From contig OY970178.1 of the NCBI GenBank assembly GCA_963707915.1, forward strand, positions 896,001-960,000: a stretch of 64,000 bases of DNA. Direction: 5' to 3'. Position numbers and translations under genes: made by a program. The notes beneath the pieces are model-generated. The model was not told the origin of the DNA, made no database searches, and saw only the letters and a program-made list of their open reading frames with translations. The DNA is from Candidatus Eiseniibacteriota bacterium. Its GTDB lineage: Bacteria; Eisenbacteria; RBG-16-71-46. How positions within the stretch are numbered: position 1 is the stretch's first letter; every line of letters begins with the position of its first letter. Positions 58,124 to 64,000 of this stretch are shown piece by piece.

Positions 58124-59947
58124 TCCCAGCCGATCTGCCGGCCCCGGTTCTGCTTCTCGAGCCAGGCCATGAGCGGCTTGAAGTACTCGACCATGGCGCG
58201 GGTGGACAGCTCCTCGCCGGTCGCGTCCCGCAGCACGGTGCGCCATTCCGCGGTCGCGCCCCGGCGCATCATGCCCTGGAAGAAGGCGCCGACCCGCGGG
58301 TCGCCCGCGTAGTTGCAGGCCCGCGGGTCCGACTTCAGGATGCGGCGCGCGATGTGGTCGTTGAGCTGGTACGAGAGCACCGTCGCCACCGTGTACGAGT
58401 AGTAGTAGGCCGGGGCGTCGGTGATGTGGGTCTTGGTCGCGGCGTCGCAGTACTCCTCGCCGCGCGGCGACGGCGGCTCGACGCCCTGGTAGTCCGCCAC
58501 GTACTTCCACCAGCGCTCGTTCCACTGGTCGGGCGACAGCTCGTTGGCGTAGAGGTCGGCCTCCCAGTGCGTCATCACCCCCGAGCCCCAGAACATGAAC
58601 GGGAGGTTCGCCAGCGCCAGCGTGAGCAGCGGGGCGATCGGGTCGGCCGGCTTCCCCTTCGGCGCCAGGCCGAGCGACTGGAGGTACGGCGTCTGCCGCG
58701 CCGCCATCTCGCCCACCGTGGCCATGCCCTCGTGGAAGGACGGGCTGGCGCCGGTGCGCAGCAGCGGCGGGACCTCGGGACGGGCGTAGTTGAGGTCGTA
58801 GTAGCGCGTGCCCCAGCTCGTGGTGCGCCGTGCCGAACCACTGCTCGTTCGCCTCGACGCTCATCAGCGAGCGGATGTCCTGGTCGAGGTCCACGTGCCA
58901 GCACGAGGCGTGCGTGTTCTTCTTGCGCGCGTCACCGGCCGGGACCGGGTAGAGGTCCGAGTTCTTCCAGAACGACGCCGGCAGCGGGCCCATGCCCAGT
59001 CCCGACCAGAAGCCTTCGGCGGTCTTCACGACCCACTCGCGATCGTGGCTCTCGATGGCCGCATCGAGGCCGACGGGGGCCGCCATCGCGTTCCACTCCT
59101 GCGACCAGCGGTTCGGGATCCAGTGCGCGGGGATGCGCTTCGGCACGGGCTGGCCGTACTTCTTCGCCAGTTCGTACTTCGCCCAGGTGTGCAGCTGCAG
59201 GTAGAGCGGCCGGAGCTCGCGCAGGAAGTCCTCGTTCAGCTTCAGCATCTCCGCGGTGGTCATGTCGTGCCCCGCCACCTGCAGGGCGAAGTAGTCGTGG
59301 TAGCCCAGCTCCCGCGCCACCCCGTTGCGCAGCTCCTGCAGCTTGACCAGGCCGGGCTTCAGCGCCGGGCCCGTCTGCTTGGACGCCTCCCAGACCGCGA
59401 GGCGCTGCGGCAGGTCGGTGAGCTTCTCGAGCCGGTCGTCGATCTCGTTCACGGTGATCGGCTTGCCGTCCAGCGTGAAGGTGAAGCCGTTCAGGGTCGA
59501 GGCCTGCTTCGTCTCGGCCTCGATGCGGGCCCGCGACCAGCTCCGGGTTGGTCATCGGCCCCTCGGCCGCGTTGAGCAGCACGCGCTCCAGCTGCCGGAC
59601 CGTGAGCGGCTCGAGCTCGGCCCGCTGCTCGAGCAGCGCCTTCGCCTCGGTGATCACCGCGGGATTGCCGTTGAACGCCGCCCGCGCCTTGCCGGCCGCC
59701 TCGGCGGCGGCATCGTGGGCGGGCGACACGTCGGTCGACGGCGTCCCACAGCGCGCGCGACTCGACCGTGTAGACCGCCTGGTAGGCCGACGTTGACCAG
59801 GTCGAGGAAACGATCGGCCCGCTCCTGGACGGCGGACCGGGTGGCGGGCTGCGCCTGCGCGCAGCGCGGGACGGCGGGCGGGAGCAACGTGACCGCGGCG
59901 ACGAGCAACGTCGCCGACATCCGGGCGAACGGGTTCCAGCGATCCAT
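58120..59947 (-). CDS. secreted M2 family metallopeptidase (ACE-like peptidyl-dipeptidase); frameshifts near 59790, 59740, 59533 and 58805
   Basis: Signal peptide; RPLYLQLH, IPAHW, NRWSQEW, HASCWH, AHHELGH, FHEG, WNERWW, DAATKTH, YYYSY, YFKPLMAWL. Confidence 0.92.
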
Positions 59948-60226
59948 CGGCGGTCTCCTGCGGGAGCGGCGCGGCGGCCCGGACGGAGCCCCGACGGCCC
60001 GGCGGCCCCCCGCGCACGGAAGGCGGGAACGTAGCAGATGCGGCACCGCGGAGCGCCGGGAATCGGAACCAGCGCGGGCCCCGGACCGACGGCCGCGCCG
60101 GGCGCGGCGGCGACGCACAATGGGGTTGACAGGGATTCCGCCCGGGGGTTCCATCCGCTCGGATCGGGGGCCGAGCCCACCGCCGCGCGGGGGGCGGACG
60201 GCTCCACCCCATCACCGGAGGACGAC

Positions 60227-60598
60227 ATGCATTGTCCGCGCTGCAGGACCGAGTACGAGCCGGGCGTCACGCGGTGCCCCGATTGCGATCTCGCCCTGGC
60301 CGAGGGCGCCGCGCCGCCGGAGCGGGACGAAGCCGAGTGGGTGGACCTGGTCACGGTGCTCGAGACCGGCGACCCGTCGCTCCTGCTGGTGACCAAGTCG
60401 CTGCTCGAGGCGGAGGGCGTGCCCTGCTTCGTCGAGGGCGTGGGGGTCTACGAGGGGCTCGGGGCGGGGCGCATCGCGAGCGCCGACCTGCCGATGGGCC
60501 CCGGCAAGCTTCGCGTCCATCCGCAGGACGTGGAAGCCGCGCGCGCGCTGCTGGCCACCCTGCCACCCTTGAGCGAGACCGCGGAACCGGAGGCCTGA
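60227..60598 (+). CDS. zinc-ribbon + DUF2007 (PII-like) protein
   Basis: GGAGGA SD; CPRC...CPDC; KSLLEAEGVPC; LRVHPQDVEAARALL. Confidence 0.8.
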   Translation: MHCPRCRTEYEPGVTRCPDCDLALAEGAAPPERDEAEWVDLVTVLETGDPSLLLVTKSLLEAEGVPCFVEGVGVYEGLGAGRIASADLPMGPGKLRVHPQDVEAARALLATLPPLSETAEPEA

Positions 60599-60815
60599 CG
60601 GCGGCACAGGCCGTTGAGGCGCCTGGACCTGCGCCGGGCCCTTCATGCGGGACGCGAGCAGCGCCCCTGCCCACCCGCTCCACCGCCGACGGCCGACTCC
60701 CGGCGCCGCCGCGGGCGGTCACCGCGCCCGAAGTGCTAGCATGCGCCATCTCTCGAAGCGGTGCGCGCCACGCCTCGTACGGGCGCACCCCCGCCCTCCT
60801 CCAAGGAGCCTTCGC

Positions 60816-62720
60816 ATGAAGCGGTACCGGTTTCCCCTGATCCTCGCAGCCCTGCTCGCGGCCGTGCTCCTCGCCCCCGCCGCCCGCGCCGAGGAACGCG
60901 CGAACGTCCCCGAGAAGCTCAAGTGGAACACCGCCGACCTCTACACGTCCGAGGACGCCTGGTACCAGGCCAAGGACGCCGTCGCCGCGCGCGTCCCGAA
61001 GATGGCCGAGTTCCAGGGCAAGCTCGGCGAGTCCGCCGCCACCTTCTTCGCCGCCATTTCGGCCATGGAGGACGTGGACAAGGACCTCACCCGGCTGCAG
61101 GTCTACTCCAGCATGCGGGGAGACGAGGACACGCGCCTCGCCAAGCCGCGCGAGATGAACCAGGCGGTCGAGCAGCTGGCGGTGCAGTTCTACTCGACGA
61201 TCTCCTACATCCGGCCCGAGATCCTCGCGCTGGGCGCCGAGAAGGTGAACGGGTTCCTCGCCGCCGAGCCCCGGCTGGCCCCCTACAAGCCGATGCTCGA
61301 CGACATCCTGCGCTACGCCCCGCACACGCTGAGCGCGCCCGAGGAGAAGGTCGCTTCCCAGGCCGAGCTCATGGCGGACAACGCCGGCAGCGCGTACCGC
61401 ACGTTCAAGGACGCGGACATGCCCTACCCCGAGATCACGCTCGCGAACGGGGACAAGGTCCGGCTCGACGCGCAGGCCTACACGAAGTACCGCGCCAGCG
61501 CGGACCGCGCGGAGCGCGACCAGGTGTTCGAGGCGTTCTTCTCGTGCTTCAAGTCCTTCGAGCGCACGTTCGGCACGACGCTGTACGGCGAGGTCAAGAC
61601 CCACCTCTTCAACAAGGACGTGCACAAGTTCGACTCGTCGCTCGAGGCCGCGCTGTTCAACTCGAACGTGCCGGTCACCGTCTACCAGCAGCTCATCTCG
61701 CGACGTGCACGCCAACCTGCCCACGCTGCACCGCTACCTGAAGCTGCGCCAGCGCATGATGGGCGTGGATCAGCTGCGCTACGAGGACCTCTACGCCCCG
61801 ATCGTCAAGAAGGTGGACCTGCGCTACACGCCCGAGCAGGCCACGGACCTGGTGCTCAAGGCGGTCGCGCCGCTGGGTCCGGCGTACGTGGACACGCTCA
61901 AGACCGGCTTCGAGAACCGCTGGGTGGACTTCGTGCCCACCACCGGCAAGCGCTCGGGCGCGTACAGCACCGGCGCCTACGGCGTGCACCCCTACCAGCT
62001 GCAGAACTTCACCGGGCTGCTACGAGGAGGTCTCGACGCTGGCCCACGAGTCGGGCCACTCGATGCACACCTACCTCTCCGACCAGAAGCAGCCGTACGC
62101 CACCCACGACTACAAGATCTTCGTGGCCGAGGTGGCCTCGACGCTGAACGAGAACCTGCTGCTCCACTACATGCTGGGCCAGACCAAGGACCGGGACACC
62201 CGCCTGTTCCTGCTGGGCAGCGCCCTCGACGGCCTGCGCACGACGCTCTTCCGCCAGACGCTGTTCGCCGAGTTCGAGCTGAGGATCCACGAGCTGGCGG
62301 AGCAGGGCGAGCCGCTCACCGGCGAGAAGATGAGCGAGCTGTACCTCGGGCTGGTCAAGGACTACTACGGCGACGCCCAGGGCGTCTGCAAGGTGAAGGA
62401 CCTGTACGGCGTCGAGTGGGCCTACATCCCGCACTTCTACTACAACTTCTACGTCTTCCAGTACGCCACCAGCATCACGGCCTCGGCGCAGATCGCCGCG
62501 AACATGCGGGCGGACGCCGCGCTCAGGAAGCCGGTCGCGAAGAGCCGCGACGCCTACCTGGCGATGCTCTCCTCCGGCTCGTCGAAGTACCCGATCGACC
62601 TGCTCAAGGTCGCGGGCGTGGACATGACGACCTCCGGCGCCGTTCAACGCGGCGATCAAGGAGATGAACGGCATCATGGACGAGATGGAGAAGCTGCTCG
62701 CGGCGCCGCCGCAGAAGTAG
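60816..62720 (+). CDS. pepF: secreted oligoendopeptidase F (M3B); frameshifts near 61700, 62018 and 62635
   Basis: Signal ending ARA; KWNTADLY, RWVD, GKRSGAYS, TLAHESGHSMH, FVAEVASTLNE, FRQTLFAEFE, IPHFYYNFYVFQYAT. Confidence 0.92.
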
Positions 62721-62743
62721 CGGCGTCTCCACGCGCGGACACC

Positions 62744-62777
62744 GACCGCCGGGCCCGGGGGCCCGGCGGTCCTGTTT
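62744..62777 (+). terminator. intrinsic terminator after the first pepF
   Basis: GACCGCCGGGCCC-gg-GGGCCCGGCGGTC followed by CTGTTT. Confidence 0.65.
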
Positions 62778-62966
62778 GCCGCCCGGCGACGGCCCCGGAG
62801 CGCGTTCGTCCGGCCGAACCGCCCGTTCGGCGGCAGACCTGTCGCCCGGCCCGTCCCGTCCACTAGGATGCCCGGCGCCCGGGATGCGGCACGCCGCATC
62901 CGGGCCGCTCGCGTCCGGCGCCAGCCGGGCGCGGCCGAGGGATCGTCCCCAGGCAAGGAGCTTCGC

Positions 62967-64000
62967 ATGAAGTCCCATCGTCCGGCCGTCGTCCTCGCCG
63001 CCCTCGCGGTGGCGGGCTGTCTCGTCACGCCCGCCCGCGCCGAGGAGCGCGCCAACGTCCCCGAGAAGTACCGGTGGCGGACCGCGGACCTCTACCCGTC
63101 CGAGGCCGCCTGGCTGCAGGCCCGGGACGACATCGCCGCCCGCGTCCCGAAGCTGGCCGCGTTCCAGGGCCGGCTCGGCGAGTCCGCCGGCGTCTTCCAC
63201 GAGGCGCTGGCCACCCGGATGGACGTGGACCGCGCGCTCTACCAGCTCCGCATCTACGCCACGCTGCGCAAGGACGAGGACGCGCGCCTGGGACGGCCCA
63301 ACGAGCTCTTCCAGATGGCGAACAAGCTGCTCGTGGACTACTCCTCGACGATCTCCTACATGCGGCCCGAGATCCTCGCGCTGGGAGCCGAGAAGGTCCA
63401 CGGCTTCGTGGCCGCGGACCCGCGGCTCGCAGCCCTACCGCCCCTGGCTCGACGACATCCTGCGCTACGCGCCGCACACCCTGGGCGCCGCCGAGGAGAC
63501 GGATCGTCTCGCAGGCCGGCATCATGGCGGGCGCGCCCTCGCAGACCTACGACATCTTCAAGGCCGCCGACATGCCGTACCCCGAGGTCACGCTCTCGAC
63601 CGGCGAGACGGTGCGTGTCGACGACGCGGCCTACACCCAGTATCGGGCGCTGCCGGACCGCGCCGACCGCCGCAAGGTCTTCGAGGCCTTCTGGTCGAGG
63701 CACAAGGAGTTCGAGCGCACGCTGGGCACCACGCTCGACGCCGAGGTCAAGACCCACCTCTTCGAGAAGGACGTCCACCGCTACCCGTCCTGCCTCGAGG
63801 CCTCGCTGTTCGAGTCGAACATCCCGGCGGGCGTCTACCGGCAGCTCGTCGCCGACGTACACGCCAACCTGCCCACGCTGCACCGCTACCTGAGGCTGCG
63901 CCAGCGCATGATGGGCGTCGACACGCTGGGCTACGAGGACCTCTACGCCCCCATCCTCAAGGAGGTGGACCTTCGCTACACGCCCGAGCAGGCGGTGGAC
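62967..64000 (+). CDS. pepF: second secreted oligoendopeptidase F paralog (5' part, runs off the window); frameshifts near 63432 and 63502
   Basis: ARA-EERANVPEK.RW.TADLY, STISYMRPEILALG, ADMPYPE, EVKTHLF, HANLPTLHRYL; collinear with the upstream copy. Confidence 0.9.

Noticed and set aside
48924..58312. 1000+ aa plus-strand ORFs opposite the RND operon
   Set aside because: Shadow ORFs caused by stop-codon scarcity at high GC. The minus strand carries clear RND/MFP genes.
58124..59452. Apparent 1017-aa fusion of M2 peptidase and membrane protein
   Set aside because: It results from the frameshift near 58805. The peptidase C-terminus is in another frame and stops at 58120.

Overview
This is a very GC-rich, gene-dense region from a diderm bacterium. 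Several secreted proteins end in FlgD-Ig/T9SS-like C-terminal domains and one ends in 'TWGRLNQIYR', which points to an FCB-related candidate phylum such as Eisenbacteria (inference). About 20 single-base frameshifts interrupt otherwise intact genes and are most likely long-read consensus errors. From left to right the window holds: (1) a glycan locus with a partial GT-C-like gene, a GAF-GGDEF diguanylate cyclase, a WsfD-like membrane glycosyltransferase, and a minus-strand operon of DUF1080-like lectin, processive GT2 synthase, membrane-anchored bactofilin-like beta-helix protein and an in-frame fusion of a ~6-TM protein to a YaiO-type outer-membrane barrel; (2) tRNA-Leu(CAA), a methyltransferase, an OMP, a complete phoBR-pstSCAB-phoU locus with a 3-repeat Pho box, a secreted protein and an intact IS256-family element with a 9-bp target duplication; (3) DapA-like, DMFase-like, DUF853, VF530, DEAD-box, beta-propeller/GEVED, spermidine-synthase-like and ~890-aa coiled-coil genes; (4) a TlpA-DUF4266-DUF3570-ApbE cluster; (5) a TPR membrane protein, an AKR, S9 and PA-domain peptidases, an MFP plus two RND permeases, an ACE-like M2 peptidase and tandem secreted M3B oligopeptidases. 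The best candidate for an undescribed system is the GT2/bactofilin-like/IM-OM fusion operon at 3668-8647. All family calls come from motif recognition by eye; no searches were run.
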